A stretch of 64,000 nt of DNA, from the NCBI GenBank assembly GCA_001567115.1, contig LMZT01000020.1, positions 17,651-81,650 on the forward strand. Direction: 5' to 3'. The first letter of the stretch is position 1. Each line of letters begins with the position of its first letter. The position numbers and the translations under genes are program-made. Below the pieces are notes generated by a model, which worked only from the letters and a program-made list of their open reading frames with translations, made no database searches and was not told the origin of the DNA. The DNA is from Candidatus Hinthialibacteria bacterium OLB16 (lineage in GTDB: Bacteria; Hinthialibacterota; Hinthialibacteria; OLB16). Positions 20,483 through 29,460 of this stretch are shown one piece after another.

Positions 20483-20988
20483 TTCTTGTATTCCTCGGGA
20501 TAACGCGGCCGCGGGACTTCCGTCACAATCCGGTAATACTGTGTCTTGTCGTGGTTGTATAAATCACGGGCATCGGTTGCCCAGATGACAGTGACTGAAA
20601 TCCTGCGGGTCCAGAACTCGTCGATATCCTCGCTCGAAGCGATCCAGCGGAAATTCGGATTTTCCCTGAAATCTCCTGAGCGCGGGATGACGAATCGATC
20701 ATTGAGGGTGGCGCCTGCTTCCAGCTCCGACATCACCTTCTGCGCCAGGAAAAGAGCCTCTGTATACATCCGTGCTTCGGTCGTCGCCCTCAGTGAACTG
20801 AAGATCGCGTTCAGTGCTGCGGTCACACCAACTGCCAGAAGGGTTGTCGCAACAAGGACTTCGATCAGAAAAAACCCCTGTTGTTTCACTTTTCGAGAAA
20901 AGTTCCCCGCATGAGCAGGGGTTGGCCTGCTCCGGATGATCTGATTTTTGCCAGAAAATATATTCGTAATATCAGAGGAGATATTCAT
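20479..20988 (-). CDS. GspI-like minor pseudopilin
   Basis: QG|FFLIEVLVA prepilin motif, RRISVTVIW, and position between H and J. Start uncertain (20988 or GTG near 20890). Confidence 0.78.
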   Translation of the reverse strand: MNISSDITNIFSGKNQIIRSRPTPAHAGNFSRKVKQQGFFLIEVLVATTLLAVGVTAALNAIFSSLRATTEARMYTEALFLAQKVMSELEAGATLNDRFVIPRSGDFRENPNFRWIASSEDIDEFWTRRISVTVIWATDARDLYNHDKTQYYRIVTEVPRPRYPEEYKK

Positions 20989-21520
20989 ATTCGCGCCGCT
21001 CCTCCTCAGGAAGAATCCGCACACGTCCATCACTGCCCCGGATTTCAAGGATCATCAGAGACCGGTATTCCGAGCTTCCTTTTGCCGTCGGAATTCCAAG
21101 GAAAACAAGGGTATCTATTGAGGTTCCATCTGGATTAAATGAGATGCGTGCATTCCGGCGTTTTTCTGTATCATCTTTTTCGGAGAAATACACCATCAGA
21201 AATTCGAAGTCCCCACCCAGCGAGCGAATCTGGTCGGGGCGGTATTTCAGTTTTTTGGAATGTTTTCCCGGCTGCAGGAATTCGAGCCAGTAATGGTTCT
21301 TGCGAAAATCGATGACAAAATCATGTTTGGCCTGCTGGAAAATACTCTTCTGATTTGCCAGGCGCAGAGTCATGGCCACTTCTTCAGCAACACTGTCGGC
21401 ACGCTCCTTTGACAACACTGAACTGAACATCGGGATAGCGGCGCCCAGCATCAGGCTGACAATCCCCAAAACAATGACCAGTTCGATCAGAGTGAAAGCG
21501 TGTTGTTTTGTTTTCGCCAT
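20972..21520 (-). CDS. GspH/FimT-like minor pseudopilin
   Basis: HA|FTLIELVIVL prepilin motif, ISFNPDGT and C-terminal GRVRI. Confidence 0.82.
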   Translation of the reverse strand: MAKTKQHAFTLIELVIVLGIVSLMLGAAIPMFSSVLSKERADSVAEEVAMTLRLANQKSIFQQAKHDFVIDFRKNHYWLEFLQPGKHSKKLKYRPDQIRSLGGDFEFLMVYFSEKDDTEKRRNARISFNPDGTSIDTLVFLGIPTAKGSSEYRSLMILEIRGSDGRVRILPEEERREYEYLL

Positions 21521-21619
21521 GCGATCTGGATTCCTTCGGTCACCCAAGCAACCCTGGTGGATGGAATTTTCAGGAAAAAATCTGGGGAGATGTGCAAGAG
21601 GAAGGGCGGGCTGCCCTGA

Positions 21620-21925
21620 TTACACTCGGACCCCGGATCTCATTCCGGGAATATCTCCCTGAAGCCCATCGTTCCGATCCGATTCCGGGGAGTAGTCAGG
21701 GTTCGAAATGAAGGGTGGCTGATACAGGGTTCGTTGAAATTCGAGCCTTTCCAGTCTCCTTTCAAGATTATGCAGGGCACCTATTTCCCGATGCCCCGAT
21801 ATTCCGCCCAGCCACAGGCCAAGCAGCAAACCAACAGTGAACACAGCGAGAAGAGCCTCGGTCAGAGTCATCGAACGCCATTGGGTTCTGACCGGCCATT
21901 TAAAGTTGACAACCGAGTCGCTCAT
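21620..21925 (-). CDS. Short pilin-like protein
   Basis: RS|MTLTEALLAVF (Glu at +5) followed by a hydrophobic helix and a short tail; GGAGA upstream. Confidence 0.55.
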   Translation of the reverse strand: MSDSVVNFKWPVRTQWRSMTLTEALLAVFTVGLLLGLWLGGISGHREIGALHNLERRLERLEFQRTLYQPPFISNPDYSPESDRNDGLQGDIPGMRSGVRV

Positions 21926-21958
21926 CTGGAGATCTCTCCATTTCTCTGCTTTGGGATC

Positions 21959-21984
21959 CCCGGGGTGGTTGAGGCCACCCCGGG
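21959..21984 (-). terminator. GC-rich stem-loop downstream of gspG (partial terminator or mRNA stabiliser)
   Basis: Perfect 10-bp inverted repeat CCCGGGGTGG-N6-CCACCCCGGG about 55 bp after the gspG stop; no U-tract on the minus strand. Confidence 0.5.
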
Positions 21985-22039
21985 AAACTTGCTATTCATT
22001 CATGCAGGTGCAGGCCACCTCGGTGCGGTTCCGGGGCGA

Positions 22040-22591
22040 TTAACCTCCGGTTCCACCACCACCGCCGGTACCGCCACCCGTTCCACCTCCACCGCTGGTA
22101 CCGCCACCCGTTCCACCTCCACCACCGGTGCCGCCGGTTGTTCCTGTTCCAGTCCCTGTGGTTTCATCGCTTTCGGACAGCCAGTTGCCGATATCGTCCT
22201 CTGTCCCTTCCTGCTTGTCTTTGCCATTGGACCAGACATCCGGCCCTTCCAGCCCGTTTTCACTCTCCTCCCGGTAGTTGTATGGCTGCCCCCAGGGGTC
22301 GGTCGGCACCTGCGGCAGAAAAGACCGGTGCTCATCGGTCTTCTCGACCAGCGCCTGAATACCCTCATCGTCGCTTGGATAACGTCCCATGGTGACCTCA
22401 TACATCCCCAAGGCTGTCTGAATCGCCTGGATATCGGTTTTCGCTCGAGTTTTACGTGCATCTTCACCGACACCCGTCAGGTTGGTGACTGCAACTCCAG
22501 CCAGAATGCCGAGAATCACGATCACCAGCATCAATTCGATCAAAGTAAATCCTCGTTGTGCCTGCCGAGATCTTTCTCTCCATGAATTCAT
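22040..22591 (-). CDS. gspG: Major pseudopilin GspG with Gly/Thr-rich C-terminal tail
   Basis: RG|FTLIELMLVIVILGILA, YPSDDEGIQALV, DPWGQPYNY and SNGKDKQEGTEDDIGNW; AAGGAGG RBS. Confidence 0.93.
   Translation of the reverse strand: MNSWRERSRQAQRGFTLIELMLVIVILGILAGVAVTNLTGVGEDARKTRAKTDIQAIQTALGMYEVTMGRYPSDDEGIQALVEKTDEHRSFLPQVPTDPWGQPYNYREESENGLEGPDVWSNGKDKQEGTEDDIGNWLSESDETTGTGTGTTGGTGGGGGTGGGTSGGGGTGGGTGGGGGTGG
22051..22135. repeat. About three copies of an imperfect 30-bp tandem repeat encoding (GGGGTGGGT[G/S]) in the GspG tail
   Basis: Unit TTCCACC(A/T)CCACC(G/A)C(C/T)GGT(A/G)CCGCCACCCG at 22051, 22081 and 22111 (last copy partial). Confidence 0.9.
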
Positions 22592-22711
22592 TGTTCTGCT
22601 TCCTCCTTGATGTGCGGGACTTGCCCGGAAATAACACACATATCGCCCCTCTTTGTTGGACGCCAGCAAAGTCGGGTTATTCATGATAGTTCACTTATCT
22701 CACACAGCCTG

Positions 22712-22939
22712 TCAACCAGCAGTCTCGGACTGTGAAGTTGTCTTTTCTGCTGTGGCCGAAAAACCATAGTCGATACCAGGGGCGGCTTCAGCCTGTTTTC
22801 GATTTTCCAGCGTGATCGCTCCCAGTGCTCCGAGAGTCACCATTCCGATCAGGATCACAACCAGCTTCCAGGTCGCCACTCCTGCCGATCGATGGTGCTC
22901 TCTTCTTGTTTCCATTCCCTTTGTTCGGCTCATTTCCAT
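22712..22939 (-). CDS. Small single-TM protein, possibly a degenerate pilin
   Basis: Basic leader ending AG|VATWKLVVILIGMVTLGALG; AGGAG RBS; lies between gspF and gspG. Confidence 0.55.
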   Translation of the reverse strand: MEMSRTKGMETRREHHRSAGVATWKLVVILIGMVTLGALGAITLENRKQAEAAPGIDYGFSATAEKTTSQSETAG

Positions 22940-22987
22940 TCTCCTGCTCAGTAAGCAATCAATTGTTTTTTTATCCGGGTGTCAGGG

Positions 22988-24205
22988 TTACCCTCTCACC
23001 GCGGTTGACAGCTGGAAGATCGGAAGGATCATGGCCATCACGATAAATCCAACCACCAGCGCCATGCAGACGATCAGCAGAGGTTCGATCAGTGTCACAA
23101 GAGTTTTGATGGCACGATCGGTTTCTGTTTCATAAGTTTCTGCAATTCGCAGCAAGGCCCTTTCCAGCTCACCTGTTTCTTCGCCGACTGCCACCATGTT
23201 GGTGGCGACCGGTGGAAATATCTGGCTCTGCCGCATCTTGTTGGAAAGCCGTGCCCCCTCCGAAATATCCCCTTTTAGGGCAGCCACTTCATCCGCCAGA
23301 ATCTTGTTGCTGATGACTGCGGTAACGACATCCAGTGCCTTGAGAATCGATACTCCATTTCCCAGCAGGGTCCCGAGAGTGCGGGAAAACTTCGAAATCT
23401 CCTGTTTGCGTATCATGTCGCCCAGAACCGGGATGTGCAGTTTCGCCTGGTCGATCACCAGGCGGCCTTCCGGCTTGGCGACAAATTGCCGGAATGCATA
23501 AACGATCATGCAGATGGCTGCAATAAACAGATACCAGTAACCTCGAATCGCATCGCTGAATGTGATCAGCACCTTGGTAACTCGCGGCAGCTCGAGCTTC
23601 TGGTCCTCGAACATGTGCACAAAAGTCGGTACGACATAAACTGTCAGGATGATGATGACCGCAAGCGCCACGCAAATCATGATGATCGGATAGGCCATCG
23701 CATTTCGGATGCGGCTGCGCAGATCGGCCTCTTTTTCCAGAAATTCCGCCAGCCGATCCAGAACTGTATCGAGATATCCTCCCACCTCGCCCGATCTGAC
23801 CATGCTGGAATAGAGATCTGAAAACTGCCTCGGAAACTTCGCCAGTGCATCGGAAAACGGTGTTCCCCCAGCGACATCGTTTTTCATGCTCCGGATCATG
23901 TTCTTCATCTTGTCGTTCTCGGTCTGCTCGATGAGCACATCCAGTGAACGGACTAAAGGCATTCCAGCTTTGGTCAGATCTGACAATTGTCTTGTAAAAT
24001 TAACGATATCCGTGAACCGGATGCGGATCAGGCTCTGGAAGTTGACTTCTTTCTGTAATCCCCGGCCGCCTTCCTCTTCCACCGTTATCGGAAATACCTT
24101 CATCCCCTGCAGCTTGGAGATCACCAGACGGCGGTTTTCAGCTTCGAGGATGCCCTCGACGATCTCTCCATTGGGGCGTTTGGCTTTGTAGGCAAATCGT
24201 GGCAT
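22988..24205 (-). CDS. gspF: GspF/PilC inner-membrane platform protein
   Basis: FAYKA, FTRQLSDL..AGMPL, GEVGGYLD, AMAYP, GEETGEL and LIEP. Confidence 0.95.
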   Translation of the reverse strand: MPRFAYKAKRPNGEIVEGILEAENRRLVISKLQGMKVFPITVEEEGGRGLQKEVNFQSLIRIRFTDIVNFTRQLSDLTKAGMPLVRSLDVLIEQTENDKMKNMIRSMKNDVAGGTPFSDALAKFPRQFSDLYSSMVRSGEVGGYLDTVLDRLAEFLEKEADLRSRIRNAMAYPIIMICVALAVIIILTVYVVPTFVHMFEDQKLELPRVTKVLITFSDAIRGYWYLFIAAICMIVYAFRQFVAKPEGRLVIDQAKLHIPVLGDMIRKQEISKFSRTLGTLLGNGVSILKALDVVTAVISNKILADEVAALKGDISEGARLSNKMRQSQIFPPVATNMVAVGEETGELERALLRIAETYETETDRAIKTLVTLIEPLLIVCMALVVGFIVMAMILPIFQLSTAVRG

Positions 24206-24208
24206 GGC

Positions 24209-25990
24209 TTAAAGCTCGAATCCGGCTTCGATTACCTTCTTTTCTTTGTTGAGTTCTTCGGTAATAGATTTTTCGAGGTACACATCCTCCTGCGTGACTC
24301 GAAGCAGCTCTTCGACTGTGGTCAGCCCGGATTTGACACGCCCCCAGCCATACTGGCGGAGGGTTTCCATCCCCTGCTGCATGGCGCAACGCTTGATTTC
24401 TGCTCCGGATGCCCGGCGTGTAGTCAAATCCCGGAGCTCCTGCCCGATCGGCATCATTTCATAAATGCCGGTTCGGCCGCTGTACCCCAGGTATTTGCAT
24501 TCTTCACACCCGCGCCCCTTAAAGAACGAAACCCCTGTATAATCATCCGGGCGGTATCCCAGAGCGGCCAGAAGTTCATGCTGGGGGGCAACTTCATCCT
24601 TGCAGTTGGGGCAGATCACACGCACCAGGCGCTGGGCGATCACACCAATCAGCGAGGAGGCTACCAGGAATGGCTCCACTCCCATATCCACCAGGCGGGG
24701 AATGGCTCCCGCGGCATCGTTCGTGTGCAGGGTGCTGAACACGAGGTGGCCGGTCAAAGCAGTTCGAATGGTGATCTCCGCAGTTTCCTGGTCACGGGTT
24801 TCACCGACCAGCATGATATCCGGGTCTTGACGGAGCAGGGATCGCAGCACAGTGGCGAAACTCAGCCCGATCTTCGGCTGCACCTGGATCTGCGTGATCC
24901 CTTCCATCTGGTATTCGATCGGCTCTTCGATGGTGATGATCTTCACATCGGTCCGGTTCAATTCCGCCAGTGAGGCATAAAGGGTGGTGGTTTTTCCGGA
25001 TCCGGTCGGTCCGGTAACCAGAATGATCCCATGGCTTCGATGGATCATCTTCTGCCAGATTTCGTAACTCCCCGGATCCATGCCCAGGCGGCCCAGGTCA
25101 TACAGTTCACCACTGCTGTTGAGAATTCGGATGACTATGCTTTCCCCATAGGGTGTTGGAACTGTGGAGACACGAAGATCAAACTCAGTTCCTCCGCGCC
25201 GGATGGTGATGCGTCCATCCTGCGGGAGGCGTTTCTCGGCGATGTTCATGTCCGCCATGATCTTGATGCGTGAAATAATCGCGGCCTGGTACCTTCGGAC
25301 TGCCGGCGGCAGAGAGGCTTCATATAACAGGCCATCGATACGGTACCGGATGCGCAGACGGTTATCGAATGGCTCGATGTGTATATCGGTGGCGCGATCA
25401 TTGATCGCTTCGCTCATGACCTGATTCACAAAACGGATGATCGAGGCATCTTCCGAGAGCTCTTCGATATCTCCATCGGCTGCCGCAGAGACATCCGTGG
25501 CAAACTCATCGCCTTCCTCTTCCATCAGGCTGTCGACCGTGTCCGATCCGATGCCGTAATAACGCTTGATCGCGGTCTTGATATCCGAACTGTATGCCAG
25601 CAGAGGCTCTACCTCGCAGCGCAGCAGAAGCTTCAGATCATCGAAAGCGTCATGGTTCAGGGGGTCGGCGGTCGCGACTTTGATGCAGCCATTTTCGCGC
25701 TCAACTGGTACCAGGTGGTAACGGTGAACCAGGCGGACAGGAACTAGCTGCAGGATGTCTCGCTGGATGGAGATATCCTTGATTTCGACTGTTTCGATGC
25801 CCAGATAATCGCAAATGGCATCGTGGAGCTTCTGGATGTCGACAATGCTGTTCTCCACCAGGATAGCATCCAGATCCCCACCCTGGTTGGATTGGATTGC
25901 AAGCGCCCGATTCAGGTCGTCTTCAGTCATAACCCCGAGGGTGACCAGAAGCTCTCCATAGGAACGTCCCAAAACCGGAGTTTCTGCCAT
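24209..25990 (-). CDS. gspE: GspE/PilB secretion ATPase
   Basis: ATDIHIEP, EKRLPQDGR, GPTGSGKTTT, LRQDPD, GETRD, TGHLVFSTLHTND and a four-Cys zinc site. Confidence 0.96.
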   Translation of the reverse strand: MAETPVLGRSYGELLVTLGVMTEDDLNRALAIQSNQGGDLDAILVENSIVDIQKLHDAICDYLGIETVEIKDISIQRDILQLVPVRLVHRYHLVPVERENGCIKVATADPLNHDAFDDLKLLLRCEVEPLLAYSSDIKTAIKRYYGIGSDTVDSLMEEEGDEFATDVSAAADGDIEELSEDASIIRFVNQVMSEAINDRATDIHIEPFDNRLRIRYRIDGLLYEASLPPAVRRYQAAIISRIKIMADMNIAEKRLPQDGRITIRRGGTEFDLRVSTVPTPYGESIVIRILNSSGELYDLGRLGMDPGSYEIWQKMIHRSHGIILVTGPTGSGKTTTLYASLAELNRTDVKIITIEEPIEYQMEGITQIQVQPKIGLSFATVLRSLLRQDPDIMLVGETRDQETAEITIRTALTGHLVFSTLHTNDAAGAIPRLVDMGVEPFLVASSLIGVIAQRLVRVICPNCKDEVAPQHELLAALGYRPDDYTGVSFFKGRGCEECKYLGYSGRTGIYEMMPIGQELRDLTTRRASGAEIKRCAMQQGMETLRQYGWGRVKSGLTTVEELLRVTQEDVYLEKSITEELNKEKKVIEAGFEL

Positions 25991-26147
25991 TATCTCCTCG
26001 ACTCAGGCTCTCTTGATTCGTACCGACATTCTCCCGGGGCGAGGCGCCTTCGCCCGGGAGACGCTCCCTGATTGCGCGTCGGTCTGCCATCCTGCGGGAT
26101 TCGCAATGACAGCAGCGGGTCCTCCCCCGACATCCATCCCGTCATAA

Positions 26148-26163
26148 AGCAATCTCTGTGCCG
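26148..26163 (-). promoter_or_regulatory. Sigma54 (-24/-12) promoter of the T2SS-like operon
   Basis: Minus strand reads CGGCACAGAGATTGCT, giving GG-N10-GC and matching TGGCAC-N5-TTGCW, about 160 bp upstream of the gspE ATG. Confidence 0.7.
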
Positions 26164-26420
26164 CTCTGGGTCGACCCAGCCGAGTATTATCGAAAACAGT
26201 TTATTTTGTTAAAGATAGATCAGTTTTGTCTCCCAGGGGTTTAACACTGAAGCTCCAAATCAAACCGGGAATTCCCAGCCCTCCTCCGGATTTTTTCGGC
26301 ATTACAGGTTATTTCCGGCGGGGGTCCTCTCTGGTTCATTCAAAACATTTCCCTTATCATCTGCATCACCCTCAGAACGGCAAAGGCCAAAGTGGACTTA
26401 TATTTCGAAAGTGATTCAAA

Positions 26421-26789
26421 ATGACCGATTTTTCTGATCTTCCCGAGCTCGAAACATTCGAAAACCAGTACCCCCAAAGGGAGTATGAAATACGCATCGA
26501 ATGCCCGGAATTCACCTCGGTCTGCCCGAAAACAGGCCTGCCCGATTTTGGAACTCTGACATTTACCTACTCACCGCTTGGAAAATGCGTGGAACTGAAG
26601 TCATTGAAATACTACCTCATGGCCTATCGGAACAAGGGAATCTTTTATGAGCATATCACCAACAAGATTCTCGATGACTTTGCCAAGGCCTGTTCACCCA
26701 GGTGGGCGGTCCTCGAATCTCGATGGACCCCGCGAGGTGGAATCGCCACTGTTGTGACCTGCCGTTACCAGGCTTCAACAACCGAATAA
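26421..26789 (+). CDS. queF: 7-cyano-7-deazaguanine reductase (short unimodular type)
   Basis: [28 protein letters not shown] and PRGGI. Confidence 0.95.
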   Translation: MTDFSDLPELETFENQYPQREYEIRIECPEFTSVCPKTGLPDFGTLTFTYSPLGKCVELKSLKYYLMAYRNKGIFYEHITNKILDDFAKACSPRWAVLESRWTPRGGIATVVTCRYQASTTE

Positions 26790-26883
26790 GCCCCTTTCCC
26801 AGATGGACACCCAATTTCCGTCAGCCTAATCTGATCTCTGAGCCATGTTGGAATCTCGAATCTTTCTGCCTGGGGAGGCTGCC

Positions 26884-29445
26884 ATGAAATCATGTTCAGC
26901 AGGCCTGATACTGATCTTCTGCTCGCTTGCATGGGCTCAATCCCCGCCATCTGTCATCCACTTGGATCGAACCTGGCTGTTCAAACCCGACTCGGCCGGC
27001 AGCGGTTTGGAGGAACAGTGGTTTTCGCGAAATATCGACCTCACTGGCTGGGTTTCGATCCAGACAGGGCGAAGGTGGGAAGATCAGGGTTATCCTGACC
27101 TGAATGGGGCAGCCTGGTTCCGCAAGGAAATTGAAGTTCCTGAATCCTGGAAAGGGTCTCCGATCTGGTTGGTGCTTGGGGGTGTCAATGATGAATATGA
27201 TCTCTTCTGCAATGGCAGCAGGGTCAATTCATTTGGTGAACCACCGAAAAAATCTGTGGCATCCGACCTGACAGTCGCCGAGTTAAGTCCTTTCCTTCAC
27301 CCGGGGGAAAAAAACCTTCTGGTGCTTCGTGTCATCGATTGGTCAGGCAGTGGCGGCATTCAACGAGACCCCTGTTTCCTCACGATCGAGCCACAATGCC
27401 TGCCTCCCCTGCCAAAGATTGCCTGCCAGCTTAAATACCCGGAAAAACAGCTTCAGGTGGAGTGCGACTTGACTTCACTCGGGAGAGATTTCCTTTCTGG
27501 CGACCGGCATCCGCTCCATGCACGTTTTGAATTAGACCTGAGGACGCCAGCTGATCCTGTTCAGGCTCAGGAAATCGATGTCCAGCCGGGCAGTCGATAT
27601 CTCACGACCGTCTTTAAAATGCCGGCTGCTTCCGAACATTTCTGCCAGGTGCGGGTTTCGATTCCGGCAGGCCTGAATTCTCAATGGAATTATGCCAATT
27701 CCCAGGATGTCCATTGGAATCCCTGCCCCACCTGGGATAAATACCCTCACCTCAAGATTCGCAATAATTTTGTGACAGACCTGTCTGATATCGATGTCCC
27801 ACCCGGCCAAATAACGGCAGGCACATTCCCCAATCCCCGATCCGGCTGGGTTTGTTTTTCCATCACGGCAGAAAATTCTTCGATCCCTGCACCGGATAGC
27901 TTCTCAGTCCTTGTGGACAGTGAAAGCCAGGCATTGATCTTCCGTGCCAATCCGAATCAACCCGTTCTCGAAGCCATGCGGATGCTGCCGGAGGGAAACC
28001 ACAGCCTTGAAATCGAATCAAAGAACCAGCTGCATCTGAATATCCGCACCATCCCGGAACTGGCATACACTTATTACCCTTCTTCTTCCCACCTCAAACC
28101 CCAGGGTCCCTATGACTGGAAATACCTTGAACGTTACATTCTTCCCCAGGCCAATACCCTGGTTACCACCGGGGGAGCTCCGCCCGAAGAATTGGAAAGC
28201 TGGCACAAGGAAGGGAGGCAGTGGCTCGCTAATGCCGGACTGCCTGGTCTGGGCGCCTCCGCCCCACAGGCAGATGCAGTCTGCCGGACCTGGCTGGAGA
28301 CTCCTGTCCTTTTTGATCCTCCAGTTTCGGGGATCATCGTCGATGAGTTCATGGATGCCTCTCCGCGCCACTACCAGGCCTGGAAGGATGCCTGGAAATG
28401 CCTGGTGGATCATCCCAATTGGGGATCGAAGGTGTTCTATGCTTTCAGTGGTGACATCTACCACCTCGGTGATCCGGAAAGCCGTGAATTCTGTCGCGCA
28501 CTTCTCGCGAGAGGAGACCGCTTTGCGGTAGAAAAATATTTCCCTGAGGAACCTTCCCTGGAGATTGCTCAAAACTGGCTGGTCAGCGGCCTCCAGACAA
28601 CCCTTCTGGACTGGAAAAATCTGTTCCCTGGATTCGAGAAACACCTTGTTTATTGCCTCGGAAACCTCACCGCTCCACCCGAATCCCTGAATACCAACCC
28701 CGGGGTCGATCTGAAAGTTTACATGGACATGCAGATGCACTTTCTGGCCACTGATCCTGCCTTCTGGGGGCTTTTTGGCCTGATGCAATACACGGCCAGT
28801 TATGCCGATGAGGAAATCCAGCGCTATGCTTTCCGTCTCTTCAGACATTACTGCATTGAAGGATCAACCGAGCGAATGAATCAGGATCCTTATCACCTGA
28901 CACATCTTATCAATCCCGATTTTGAGCAGGGGCTGAATGGCTGGGAAGTTCAGGCTTCTTCTCCATCCGATATCCACTCCGCATCCATGGAAGGTTTCAG
29001 CTGGCTGCAGGGGCGTTACCCGCGAACCAGCCAGGGGGATCACTTTGCGCTGATCCATTCGGGATCATCCGGCCAGATTCGTCTGAGCCAGAAAGTCCTG
29101 AACCTGAAACCCGGACGGCCCTATTCCCTCAAGTTTATTACCGCCGATCTGGACCACCTCGACCGACCGCATGAAACCGCTCTCTCCTTTGATCTGGAAG
29201 ATGTCCAGCTCCAGCCTGGCCTTTCTTTTAAAGCCTTGTATCCCAGCTGCTACTCGCACACCCTGGGGGACTACAACCGTGAACATCCCGCCTATTTCAC
29301 CTGCCATAGAATTGTGTTTTATCCTGAGAGAGAGACCTCCAATCTGAAGTTTTCGCCCATTGCCCAAGAAAACGGCCGGGATGATCCACCCTCGGGCAGG
29401 ATTGCGTTGAACTTTGTTGAAATACAGCCTTTTGAGAAACCTTAA
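26884..29445 (+). CDS. Secreted multidomain carbohydrate-active-like protein (GH2-type sugar-binding N-domain plus unknown core)
   Basis: Signal peptide (AWA|Q), WFRKEIEVPESW..LGGVNDE..NG, RVIDWSGSGGI, central GIIVDEF and C-terminal NPDFEQGLNGW. Confidence 0.65.
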   Translation: MKSCSAGLILIFCSLAWAQSPPSVIHLDRTWLFKPDSAGSGLEEQWFSRNIDLTGWVSIQTGRRWEDQGYPDLNGAAWFRKEIEVPESWKGSPIWLVLGGVNDEYDLFCNGSRVNSFGEPPKKSVASDLTVAELSPFLHPGEKNLLVLRVIDWSGSGGIQRDPCFLTIEPQCLPPLPKIACQLKYPEKQLQVECDLTSLGRDFLSGDRHPLHARFELDLRTPADPVQAQEIDVQPGSRYLTTVFKMPAASEHFCQVRVSIPAGLNSQWNYANSQDVHWNPCPTWDKYPHLKIRNNFVTDLSDIDVPPGQITAGTFPNPRSGWVCFSITAENSSIPAPDSFSVLVDSESQALIFRANPNQPVLEAMRMLPEGNHSLEIESKNQLHLNIRTIPELAYTYYPSSSHLKPQGPYDWKYLERYILPQANTLVTTGGAPPEELESWHKEGRQWLANAGLPGLGASAPQADAVCRTWLETPVLFDPPVSGIIVDEFMDASPRHYQAWKDAWKCLVDHPNWGSKVFYAFSGDIYHLGDPESREFCRALLARGDRFAVEKYFPEEPSLEIAQNWLVSGLQTTLLDWKNLFPGFEKHLVYCLGNLTAPPESLNTNPGVDLKVYMDMQMHFLATDPAFWGLFGLMQYTASYADEEIQRYAFRLFRHYCIEGSTERMNQDPYHLTHLINPDFEQGLNGWEVQASSPSDIHSASMEGFSWLQGRYPRTSQGDHFALIHSGSSGQIRLSQKVLNLKPGRPYSLKFITADLDHLDRPHETALSFDLEDVQLQPGLSFKALYPSCYSHTLGDYNREHPAYFTCHRIVFYPERETSNLKFSPIAQENGRDDPPSGRIALNFVEIQPFEKP

Positions 29446-29460
29446 AAGGAAAGAGGCCTT

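Noticed and set aside
22051-22135. 30-bp repeats as a possible CRISPR array
   Set aside because: No spacers, in frame within a CDS, and no cas genes. The nearby DinG is a housekeeping type, with no type IV cas genes beside it.
22000-22473. Alternative-frame ORF with repeated VEVERVAVPA
   Set aside because: Out-of-frame reading of the GspG Gly/Thr repeat.
26325-26420. Possible preQ1 riboswitch upstream of queF (TGGTTC...TCCC)
   Set aside because: No closing P1 stem and no A-rich 3' tail.
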